Positions 14,972 through 23,551 of a DNA stretch of 28,662 nucleotides are shown here, one piece after another. Positions within the stretch are counted from its first letter, which is position 1; every line of letters begins with the position of its first letter. This DNA comes from an uncultured Clostridia bacterium (GTDB lineage: Bacteria > Bacillota > Clostridia > UBA1381), in assembly GCA_905235885.1 (NCBI GenBank), contig CAJONM010000130.1, positions 1 through 28,662 on the forward strand, written 5' to 3'. The position numbers and the translations under genes were made by a program. The notes under the pieces were generated by a model. That model had not been told where the DNA came from. It saw only the letters and a list, made by a program, of their open reading frames with translations, and ran no database searches.

Positions 14972-15817
14972 ATGAGCTTCGTTTCACCGACCGATATAAA
15001 ACGGATCGCGGCAAAATATGATTTCAGGTTTAAAAAGGGACTCGGGCAGAATTTTCTCACATCACAGGAGGTGCTTGAGGATATTGCCGAGGCGGCAGAA
15101 ATAGACGGCGGAGGCGTGATAGAGATAGGCCCCGGCTTCGGTGTGCTTACAAATGAGCTTGCCAAGCGCGCCGACAAGGTCGTTGCGCTTGAGATAGACG
15201 ATCGGCTCATGCCTGTTCTTGCGGATACATTGTCGGAGTATGATAATGTAAAAATAATCAATCGGGATGTTATGAAAATGGACATTGCCGCGCTTATCGC
15301 GGAGGAATTTCCCGGCGAGCGCATAAGCATTGCGGCAAATCTGCCGTATTATATCACTACACCGATAATAACGACCATTATAGAGGCGCGTCTGAATATA
15401 AAAAACCTTGTTGTCATGGTACAAAAGGAGGTCGCGGATCGGATAACGGCGCAGCCGGGGACAAAGGATTACGGCGCGTTGTCGGTGCTGTGCGCATACT
15501 ATACGGAAGCCGAAACGATCCGCCGCGTCCCGGCAGAGCTTTTTGTTCCGCCGCCAAAGGTCGACAGCACAGTCGTAAGGATGCGGTTCAGAGAAGAAAA
15601 GGCTGTTTCGGTAAATGACGAAAAGCTGTTTTTCAAGGTGGTAAAGGCGGCATTTTCGCAAAGGCGAAAAACGCTTCTTAACTGCCTTGCCTCCGGCTTC
15701 AGCACCGACAAGGCGGAGACTGCAAAAATAATGGAAAGCGTCGGGATAGATCCTATGCGCCGAGGCGAAACGCTGAGTCTTTCGGAATTTGCAAATTTGG
15801 CAAATGCGATGTATTGA
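14972..15817 (+). CDS. rsmA: 16S rRNA m6,2A1518/1519 dimethyltransferase
   Basis: KKGLGQNFL, EIGPGFG, ANLPYYIT, MVQKEVADR, FVPPPKVDS and AFSQRRKTL. Confidence 0.96.
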   Translation: MSFVSPTDIKRIAAKYDFRFKKGLGQNFLTSQEVLEDIAEAAEIDGGGVIEIGPGFGVLTNELAKRADKVVALEIDDRLMPVLADTLSEYDNVKIINRDVMKMDIAALIAEEFPGERISIAANLPYYITTPIITTIIEARLNIKNLVVMVQKEVADRITAQPGTKDYGALSVLCAYYTEAETIRRVPAELFVPPPKVDSTVVRMRFREEKAVSVNDEKLFFKVVKAAFSQRRKTLLNCLASGFSTDKAETAKIMESVGIDPMRRGETLSLSEFANLANAMY

Positions 15818-15842
15818 CAAATCAGTGAAAATGTTATAAAAT
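15814..15842 (+). promoter_or_regulatory. Sigma-A type promoter of the topoisomerase operon
   Basis: TTGACA (15814-15819, overlapping the rsmA stop codon), 17-bp spacer, TAAAAT (15837-15842). Confidence 0.75.
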
Positions 15843-15876
15843 AACGAGGTATGTAACTATATGGAAGAGGTAGATC

Positions 15877-17898
15877 GTGATGCCAAACAAAGGCGAATAC
15901 AGTAATGAATCAATAGTAAAACTCAAGGATGAGGAGCGCGTCCGTCTGCGTCCTGCCGTCATATTCGGCTCGGACGGCTTGGAGGGCTGCGAGCACTCCT
16001 TTTTTGAGATACTTTCAAACTCAATAGACGAGGCGAGAGAGGGCTACGGCAACCTCATAGAGATCACAAGGTTTATGGACAAGTCCATAGAGGTCCGCGA
16101 CCATGGCAGAGGTATACCGCTTGATTATAACGATGCGGAGCAATGCTTTAACTGGGAGCTGGTATACTGCGAATTGTATGCCGGCGGCAAATACAATAAC
16201 AACGCCGGAGGTATGTATGAATACAGCCTCGGTCTGAACGGACTGGGCGCGTGCGCGACGCAGTATTCCTCGGAATATATGGATGTTGAGGTAATACGAG
16301 ACAAAACAAGATATACGCTCCATTTTGAAAAGGGCAAAAACATCGGCGGACTGACAAAAGAGCCGGTGCGATCCGTAAAAACCGGTACCGTCCAGACATG
16401 GCGGCCCGATACGGAGGTATTTAACGACATAGACATACCTCTTGAATATTACTGTGATATTCTGAACAAACAGGCTATGGTCAATGCAGGGCTGAGGTTT
16501 GTCCTCTATAACGAAACAGAGGACGGCATGCAGATGTTTGAATATTATTATGAGAACGGCATTGCCGACTATGTGGCGGAAACCGTCGGAGAGGACGCGA
16601 TGACGGCGGTCGAAACATGGGAATGCGAGCGGTCGGGGCGCGACCGTGAGGATAAGGATGAATACAAGATGAAAATGCAGGTATCGTTCTGCTTCTCAAA
16701 CCGCGTCAATCTGCTTGAGTATTACCACAATTCAAGCTATCTTGAGCATGGCGGCTCGCCTGACAGGGCGGTGAGAAATTCATTCGTTTACGCCATAGAC
16801 CAGTATATAAAGCAAAACGGCAAATACAATAAAAACGAATCGAAAATAACATTTAACGATGTTTCCGACTGTCTCGCGCTCGTTATAAACTCGTTCTCAA
16901 CAAGCACCAGCTATGAGAACCAAACGAAAAAGGCTATAAACAACAAATTCATACAGGACGCGATGACCGATTTTCTGCGCCATCAGCTTGAGGTATATTT
17001 CATAGAGAACAAGACGGACGCGGAAAAAATATCAAATCAGGTGCTTGTCAACAAGCGCAGCCGCGAGAATGCCGAAAAAGCTCGTGTTGATATAAAGAAG
17101 AAGCTCAGCGGCACAATGGATGTGACCACGCGCGTGGAGAAATTCGTTCCGTGCCGATCAAAGGACAAGACAAAGACGGAGCTTTTCATAGTCGAGGGTG
17201 ACTCGGCGCTCGGCTCGTGCAAGCTGGCGCGAGACGCATCATTTCAGGCGATAATGCCGATACGCGGCAAGATATTGAACTGCCTGAAAGCGGATTATCC
17301 CAAAATATTCAAAAGTGATATTATAGTGGATCTTCTGAAGGTGCTCGGCTGCGGTGTGGAGATAAAAACAAGCCACAACCATAAGCTCGACAGCTTCAGT
17401 CTTGACAATCTGCGGTGGGACAAGGTAATAATATGCACCGATGCCGATGTTGACGGATTTCAGATACGCACGCTTCTTTTGACGATGCTGTATCGACTGA
17501 CGCCGACGCTGATAGAGGTGGGAAAGGTATACATTGCCGAATCGCCTCTTTATGAGATAACGATCAACAAAAAGGGCAGCCGCAAGGGCGAAAAACTGTT
17601 CGCGTATACGGAGAGCGAAAAGGAGACTGTTATTTCAAAGCTGTCCGACGAAGGGTTTAGCAAGGGCAAGGACGATTATGACATCAAGCGGTCAAAGGGA
17701 CTGGGCGAAAACCAACCCGATATGATGAGTCTTACAACGATGCACCCGTCAACGCGTAAGCTCATTCGCGTAACGCCCGAAAACGCGGAACGCACAGCTA
17801 TGATGTTCGACATACTGCTGGGCGACAATCTTACGGACAGAAAGCAGTATATAGCAGACAACGGTTCGCAGTATATGGAGCTGGTGGATGTATCGTAA
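15877..17898 (+). CDS. Type IIA DNA topoisomerase B subunit, divergent GyrB/ParE-like
   Basis: GHKL motifs EILSNSIDE, DHGRGIP, AGGKY and GLNGLG. TOPRIM motifs EGDSA, PIRGKILN and TDADVDG; also KGLGE. Start is the GTG at 15877 or the ATG at 15880. Confidence 0.92.
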   Translation: MMPNKGEYSNESIVKLKDEERVRLRPAVIFGSDGLEGCEHSFFEILSNSIDEAREGYGNLIEITRFMDKSIEVRDHGRGIPLDYNDAEQCFNWELVYCELYAGGKYNNNAGGMYEYSLGLNGLGACATQYSSEYMDVEVIRDKTRYTLHFEKGKNIGGLTKEPVRSVKTGTVQTWRPDTEVFNDIDIPLEYYCDILNKQAMVNAGLRFVLYNETEDGMQMFEYYYENGIADYVAETVGEDAMTAVETWECERSGRDREDKDEYKMKMQVSFCFSNRVNLLEYYHNSSYLEHGGSPDRAVRNSFVYAIDQYIKQNGKYNKNESKITFNDVSDCLALVINSFSTSTSYENQTKKAINNKFIQDAMTDFLRHQLEVYFIENKTDAEKISNQVLVNKRSRENAEKARVDIKKKLSGTMDVTTRVEKFVPCRSKDKTKTELFIVEGDSALGSCKLARDASFQAIMPIRGKILNCLKADYPKIFKSDIIVDLLKVLGCGVEIKTSHNHKLDSFSLDNLRWDKVIICTDADVDGFQIRTLLLTMLYRLTPTLIEVGKVYIAESPLYEITINKKGSRKGEKLFAYTESEKETVISKLSDEGFSKGKDDYDIKRSKGLGENQPDMMSLTTMHPSTRKLIRVTPENAERTAMMFDILLGDNLTDRKQYIADNGSQYMELVDVS

Positions 17899-17934
17899 AT
17901 ACGGGCAGCTCAATCAATAGAAGAAGGTAATCAA

Positions 17935-20133
17935 ATGGCACGAAAAAAGAACACGGAGCAGGAAACAATATTGGCGCCGATCTCGCAGCAGGCAATAACG
18001 GAAACGCTTGAAACGAATTATATGCCGTATGCGATGAGCGTTATAATCTCGCGCGCGATCCCTGAGATAGACGGACTTAAACCGTCACACAGGAAGCTTT
18101 TATATACGATGTATAAAATGGGCTTATTGGGCGGCAAGTTCACGAAATCGGCAAATGTTGTCGGCTCGACAATGAAGCTCAATCCGCATGGCGACAGCGC
18201 GATATATGAGACCATGGTCCGCCTTACGCGCGGCAATGAGGCATTGCTGCATCCGCTCGTTGAGTCGCAGGGCAATTTCGGTAAAGCATATTCGCGCGAT
18301 ATGGCATACGCCGCGTCGCGCTATACCGAAGTGAGACTTGAGCCGATATGCGCCGAGCTTTTCGGGGATATAAACAAAAACACCGTTAAATTTGTCGATA
18401 ACTACGACGGAGAAATGAAGGAGCCGGTGCTTTTGCCGGCGGCGTATCCGTCAATATTGGTAAATCCCAATCAGGGTATAGCGGTGGGAATGGCGTCAAA
18501 TATATGCTCGTTCAATCTCGCGGAGGTATGCGAGGCAACGATAGAGTATATGAAGGATGACAGCGTGGATATAATGGAAATTATGCCTGCGCCGGATTTT
18601 TCGCTTGGAGCGAGCATAATATACAATAGGGATGAAATGCGCGAGATCTATGAAAGCGGCAGAGGCAGCTTCAAAATGCGCGCCGCATATACCTATGATA
18701 AGCGCAACAACTGCATTGAGATCACCGAGATCCCGTATTCGACTACATCCGAGCAGATAATCGGAAAGATCATGGAGCTTTTAAAGTCGAATAAGCTCAA
18801 GGAAATATCAGACGCGCGTGACGAGACAGATCTGAAGGGCTTTAAAATAGCCATAGACTTAAAGCGCGGCGTTGATCCGGACGAGCTTATGCTCAAGCTT
18901 TATAAGCTTACCTCACTTGAGGACAGCTTTGCGTGCAATTTTAACATACTGATAAATTCCGTACCGCGAGTTATGGGCATAAAAGAGATCCTTTCGGAGT
19001 GGATACAATTCCGTATGGGCTGCATCAGGAACGCGGCGCGGTTCGATATAGAGCAGAAAACGAAGCGGCTGCATCTTTTGATGGGTCTTAAAAAGATACT
19101 GCTCGATATTGATAAAGCAATTTCGATCATACGCCATACCGAGGCAGACAGCGAGGTCGTGCCTAATCTTATGACCGGCTTTAACATAGACAAGGCGCAG
19201 GCGGAGTATATAGCGGAAATAAAGCTGAGAAACCTTAACAAGGAATATCTGCTCAGGAACATAGACAATATAGATAAGCTTACAAAGGAGATCGCCGAGC
19301 TCAACAAGCTACTGTCAAGCGACAGAGTGGTCAAAACGCATATAGCAAAGCAGCTCCGAGAAATATCGAAAAAATACGGACAGGAGCGCAAAACAAAGCT
19401 TATTGACGCGGACGCACTTACCGAATATAAGGCGGAGGAGCATATAGAGGATTATGCCTGCACGATATTCTTTACGCGCGGTCAGTATCTGAAAAAAGTC
19501 CCGGCAATATCTCTTCGGTCAACGACATCGGAGCATAAGCTGCGCGAGGATGATGAGGTGATCGTCACCGCTGCGACAACAAATCTTTCGGAGCTGCTGT
19601 TTTTCTCGGACAGATGCAATGTATACAAGCTGCGAACAAATGATATTCCCGATTGCAAGGTAACTAATTTCGGTGAATACCTGCCGGGAATACTCGATAT
19701 GGAACAGGATGAAAAGATAATATATACCGTTGTGACATCCGATTACAGCGGCAGGATGCTCTATGCCTTTGAAAACGGGAAAATGGCAAAGGTGGAGCTT
19801 ATAAATTATCAAACAAAGACGAACAGGAAAAAGCTCATAAACGCATATTCGGATAAGTCTCCGATATGCGATATAAAATTATTGGAGTCGGACGCGGATG
19901 TGATGCTGTATACCGAAAACGGCAAGGGCGTTTGCATAAACACAAAGCTCGTTCCGCTCAAATCAACGAAAAATACTCAGGGCGTGCAGGTGATAAAGCA
20001 GCCCAAGAATCCCACCAAGCTCGTTGCGGTAAAAATGGCTCAGGAAAACGATGTAAACAATTACATTGCCAGAAAAATACCGGCATCGGCAAAAACAATG
20101 AGATCGGAAGATCTGCAAATAAGCCTGATATAG
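17935..20133 (+). CDS. Type IIA DNA topoisomerase A subunit, ParC-like (no GyrA-box)
   Basis: YAMSVI, RAIPEIDGLKPSHR, PHGDSAIYE, QGNFG, catalytic ASRYTE, GIAVGMA and PDF. The C-terminal pinwheel region lacks QRRGGKG. Confidence 0.92.
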   Translation: MARKKNTEQETILAPISQQAITETLETNYMPYAMSVIISRAIPEIDGLKPSHRKLLYTMYKMGLLGGKFTKSANVVGSTMKLNPHGDSAIYETMVRLTRGNEALLHPLVESQGNFGKAYSRDMAYAASRYTEVRLEPICAELFGDINKNTVKFVDNYDGEMKEPVLLPAAYPSILVNPNQGIAVGMASNICSFNLAEVCEATIEYMKDDSVDIMEIMPAPDFSLGASIIYNRDEMREIYESGRGSFKMRAAYTYDKRNNCIEITEIPYSTTSEQIIGKIMELLKSNKLKEISDARDETDLKGFKIAIDLKRGVDPDELMLKLYKLTSLEDSFACNFNILINSVPRVMGIKEILSEWIQFRMGCIRNAARFDIEQKTKRLHLLMGLKKILLDIDKAISIIRHTEADSEVVPNLMTGFNIDKAQAEYIAEIKLRNLNKEYLLRNIDNIDKLTKEIAELNKLLSSDRVVKTHIAKQLREISKKYGQERKTKLIDADALTEYKAEEHIEDYACTIFFTRGQYLKKVPAISLRSTTSEHKLREDDEVIVTAATTNLSELLFFSDRCNVYKLRTNDIPDCKVTNFGEYLPGILDMEQDEKIIYTVVTSDYSGRMLYAFENGKMAKVELINYQTKTNRKKLINAYSDKSPICDIKLLESDADVMLYTENGKGVCINTKLVPLKSTKNTQGVQVIKQPKNPTKLVAVKMAQENDVNNYIARKIPASAKTMRSEDLQISLI

Positions 20134-20147
20134 AAGGGGTGCAATAT

Positions 20148-21515
20148 ATGAATATCATGGACAAAGTAATAGCTAAAAAAAGGGAGCGCTTTTATCAGAG
20201 GGCAAACGATCTGTATCAGCCGTTCCCACAGGAGCTGTTTACTGAATACGGCGTAAAGCGCGGATTGCGAAACGAAGATGATACGGGCGTTATGGCAGGA
20301 CTTACGGCTGTCGGTCAGGTCTTGGGCTATCATATGGAAAACGGCAAAAAGATGCCAATGGAAGGGCATTTGAAATATCGCGGCTATGACCTGAATGATA
20401 TTGTGGAAAACTGCGAAAAGGAACGGCGATACGGTTTTGAGGAGGTAGTGTATCTGCTGCTTTTCGGCACGCTCCCGAACGCGGAGATGCTGGAGCGGTT
20501 TCGAGACCTCATTGGTGACTGCCGCTTTTTGCCCGACGGATTTACAGAGGATATGATCCTTAAAGCGCCGTCTGCGGACATAATGAATAAAATGGCAAGA
20601 AGCGTTCTTGCGATGTACTCGTATGACGATAATCCAGACGAGATCACCGTTATGAATATTTTAAGGCAGTCGATACAGCTTATAGCATGTCTGCCTGTTA
20701 TGGCGGCTGCCGGGTATCAGGCTAAGCGGCATTATCATGACGGAAAGAGTCTGTATCTTCATGTACCGCAAAAGAACTTGTCAACGGCGGAAAATCTGCT
20801 GTATATGCTTCGCTCCGACCATAAATTCTCCAAGGACGAGGCAAGGCTTCTTGATGTAATGCTCATGGTACATGCCGAGCATGGCGGCGGCAATAACTCC
20901 GCATTCGCTACAAGAGTCGTTTCATCATCGGGAACCGATACCTACAGCGCTATCGCCGCGGCGATAGGTTCGCTCAAAGGCCCCAAGCACGGCGGCGCGA
21001 ACGCAAAGGTCATGGCGATGATGGAAGATATTAAAAATAATGTCAGCGATTGGACAGACGAGGCTGAGGTCGCGGCATATCTGGAAAAGATACTGAGAAA
21101 AGAAGCGTTTGACGGGGCAGGACTTATATACGGCATGGGACACGCCATATACACATATTCCGATCCGCGATGCGTTCTGCTCAAAAAGCACGCGTCAAAG
21201 CTTGCATCAAAGCGTCTGGAATGGGGGAAGGAATTTAAGCTTTATGATCTCGTGGAGCGGCTCACGCCCGATTGCTTCTACAAGGTAAAGCAAAGTAAAA
21301 AGATCATGTGCGCCAATGTGGATATGTATTCGGGGTTCGTATATAAAATGCTCGGCATCGCGCCGGAGATGTATACGCCGCTGTTTGCCATAGCGCGTAT
21401 ACCGGGCTGGTGCGCGCACAGGCTTGAGGAAACGATTGGATGCTCGCGGATAATCCGTCCGGCATATCAGTCTATAGTAACGGAAAAGGAATACACGCCG
21501 TTAAGTGAGCGGTGA
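20148..21515 (+). CDS. Citrate synthase, Si-type fold (citrate/2-methylcitrate synthase family)
   Basis: LKYRGYD, HAEHGGGNNS, GPKHGGAN, GMGHAIY and NVDMYSG. SD AAGGGG at about 20134-20139 supports the ATG at 20148 rather than the ORF-track 19866. Confidence 0.92.
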   Translation: MNIMDKVIAKKRERFYQRANDLYQPFPQELFTEYGVKRGLRNEDDTGVMAGLTAVGQVLGYHMENGKKMPMEGHLKYRGYDLNDIVENCEKERRYGFEEVVYLLLFGTLPNAEMLERFRDLIGDCRFLPDGFTEDMILKAPSADIMNKMARSVLAMYSYDDNPDEITVMNILRQSIQLIACLPVMAAAGYQAKRHYHDGKSLYLHVPQKNLSTAENLLYMLRSDHKFSKDEARLLDVMLMVHAEHGGGNNSAFATRVVSSSGTDTYSAIAAAIGSLKGPKHGGANAKVMAMMEDIKNNVSDWTDEAEVAAYLEKILRKEAFDGAGLIYGMGHAIYTYSDPRCVLLKKHASKLASKRLEWGKEFKLYDLVERLTPDCFYKVKQSKKIMCANVDMYSGFVYKMLGIAPEMYTPLFAIARIPGWCAHRLEETIGCSRIIRPAYQSIVTEKEYTPLSER

Positions 21516-21532
21516 CAGGGGAGAAACGGATA

Positions 21533-22279
21533 ATGAGCGATAAAGTCAATATTCTCGGCATTAATGTTGATATGGCAGGTATAGAAGAAGCAGCCGACAG
21601 GATCATGGAGTTCTTTGACGAGGACAGACTGCATAAGGTATATACGCCCAATTCTGAGATCATTATGTCTGCATACAAGAATGAGGAGTTCAGAAATCTT
21701 CTAAATGATGCCGATCTGCTTACCGCTGACGGGATAGGCGTTGTATACGCATCAAAAATTCTCGGCAAGCCCATATCGGAGCGTGCCGCAGGCTTTGATA
21801 TTGCCTGTGATGTACTGGGCAGGATAACGAGGACGCCGCACAGCCTGTTTCTGTTCGGCGGCAAGCCGGGCGTAGCGGAAACGGCGAAGAAAAAGCTTGA
21901 GGAGAAATATATCGGTATCCATATCGTCGGAACGCATAACGGCTACTTCAAGCCGGAGGACGAGCAGGGGATAGCGGATGAAATAAACCGGTCGGGAGCG
22001 GATCTGCTGTTTGTGTGTCTGGGTGCGCCGAAGCAGGAGGAGTGGATAGCGAGAAATGCCGACAAGCTCCGCCATGTGCGCGTTGCCATGGGCATAGGCG
22101 GAAGCCTTGATGTGTTTGCCGGTACGGCGGAGCGTGCGCCTGAATTTTACTGTAAGCACGGGCTTGAATGGTTTTACAGACTAAAAAAAGAGCCGTGGCG
22201 TGCAAAACGCATGGCGGCTCTGCCAAAATTCGCGATGACGGTGATGCTCAAAGGAAGGAGTTTCCGTCAGGATCAGTGA
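21533..22279 (+). CDS. tagA: WecB/TagA/CpsF-family glycosyltransferase (N-acetylmannosaminyltransferase-like)
   Basis: YTPNSE, ADGIGVV, FLFGGKPGVA, HNGYF, LGAPKQE, GIGGSLD and GLEWFYRL. Start at the ATG 21533 after GGGGAG. Confidence 0.88.
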   Translation: MSDKVNILGINVDMAGIEEAADRIMEFFDEDRLHKVYTPNSEIIMSAYKNEEFRNLLNDADLLTADGIGVVYASKILGKPISERAAGFDIACDVLGRITRTPHSLFLFGGKPGVAETAKKKLEEKYIGIHIVGTHNGYFKPEDEQGIADEINRSGADLLFVCLGAPKQEEWIARNADKLRHVRVAMGIGGSLDVFAGTAERAPEFYCKHGLEWFYRLKKEPWRAKRMAALPKFAMTVMLKGRSFRQDQ

Positions 22280-22756
22280 TTATTTATGATATGCCGCGCC
22301 GGAATTGATCATGAAGGCGCGGTATATTTGTTCGGACAAGACAACGCGCATAAGCATATGCGGCAGCGTCATACGCCCGAATGACAGCATAAGATCCGCG
22401 CGGCGCTTGACAGCGTCCGAAAGACCGAGCGATCCGCCTATAATAAAGGTGACGCAGCCCGATCTCATATACGCCTCGCGCATCGTTTCGGCAAGCTCGA
22501 CGCTGTCTAAAAGCCTGCCCTCGATACAAAGTGCCGCAACATAGCTTTGGGGCTTTATTTTTGCAAGTATTTTCTCGCCCTCGCGCGATTTTATACGCTC
22601 AATATCCTTATCCGACGCGTTATCGGGTATCCGCTCATCCGCAAGCTCGATGATCTCAAGCTCAGCGAAACGGCTGATACGCTTTTTATATTCGTCTATT
22701 GCGTCGGAAAAAAATTTTTCCTTGATTTTGCCTACGGCAATTATCGAAACTTTCAT
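22280..22756 (-). CDS. rlmH: 23S rRNA m3Psi1915 methyltransferase (SPOUT family)
   Basis: IIAVGKIKEK, FIIGGSLG, LSFGRMTLPHMLMRVVLSEQIYRAF and C-terminal YHK. Confidence 0.96.
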   Translation of the reverse strand: MKVSIIAVGKIKEKFFSDAIDEYKKRISRFAELEIIELADERIPDNASDKDIERIKSREGEKILAKIKPQSYVAALCIEGRLLDSVELAETMREAYMRSGCVTFIIGGSLGLSDAVKRRADLMLSFGRMTLPHMLMRVVLSEQIYRAFMINSGAAYHK

Positions 22757-23535
22757 ATATCAAACGATGTTATATCATATCTCGCCGCGATCTGGAGCGT
22801 AACATCCTTTCCGACCCTTACGCCGTTATCGGTGAGATAGTTGTATGTTTCCATTTGCGCGATATGCGGCATATTGTTCTTTTCACTCAGGTGACCGAGC
22901 ATGATATGCTCCGTGCCTGTTTTCACAAGCTCAAGCGCCGCGTTTGCCGCGTCCTTGTTTGAAAGATGACCGCGATCACTGAGTATGCGCTGCTTGAGGA
23001 AGTAGTCGTAATCACCGAAACGCAGCATATCAACATCGTGGTTTGATTCGAGTATTATGCTCTTGCTCCCGATAATGCGCGATATAAGCGCGTCGGACAT
23101 ATATCCTATATCGGTCGCGACAGAGACCATGTCATCGCCGTCTGAGAGCGTGTAGCAGCAAGGCTCCGCCGCATCGTGCGGAATGGAAAAGGGTGTTACG
23201 GATATATCACCGATATCAAAGCTTACATCGGGCGATACTGTATGTATCAGTTCATCGGCAATGCTGCCGACCAACATTGCTGAGTGCGTGCCTGCGGTGG
23301 CATATACAGGTATTTTGAGTCGACGCGCAAGCACGCCGACGCCCTGTATATGATCGGAATGCTCATGGGTTACGAGCATTGCCGACACATCCTCCGGCGC
23401 TATGCCGATCTTGTCCAAAGCCGCCAAGGCGCGTTTGCCGGATGTGCCGCAGTCGATCAGAATATTCGTTTTTCCGTCTGTTACAACCGAGCAATTGCCC
23501 GATGAGCCGCTTATCAGCGAAAATAACCGTAACAT
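22753..23535 (-). CDS. walJ: MBL-fold metallo-hydrolase, YycJ/WalJ-like
   Basis: SGSSGN, LIDCG, THEHSDH, IPHDAAEP, ATDIG, LESNHD, GHLSN and HLSEKNN. Overlaps rlmH by 4 nt, echoing the yycJ-rlmH linkage known in Bacillota. Confidence 0.85.
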   Translation of the reverse strand: MLRLFSLISGSSGNCSVVTDGKTNILIDCGTSGKRALAALDKIGIAPEDVSAMLVTHEHSDHIQGVGVLARRLKIPVYATAGTHSAMLVGSIADELIHTVSPDVSFDIGDISVTPFSIPHDAAEPCCYTLSDGDDMVSVATDIGYMSDALISRIIGSKSIILESNHDVDMLRFGDYDYFLKQRILSDRGHLSNKDAANAALELVKTGTEHIMLGHLSEKNNMPHIAQMETYNYLTDNGVRVGKDVTLQIAARYDITSFDI

Positions 23536-23551
23536 CGTAAATTATCCCCTT

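Noticed and set aside
15062-15820. 252-aa antisense ORF over rsmA
   Set aside because: No motif or SD, and it lies entirely opposite a conserved gene.
19866-20147. 94-codon in-frame extension of citrate synthase overlapping the topoisomerase A 3' end (possible fusion or frameshift)
   Set aside because: Citrate-synthase-like sequence begins after 20148, which has its own SD. The topoisomerase ends normally, and I see no slippery site.
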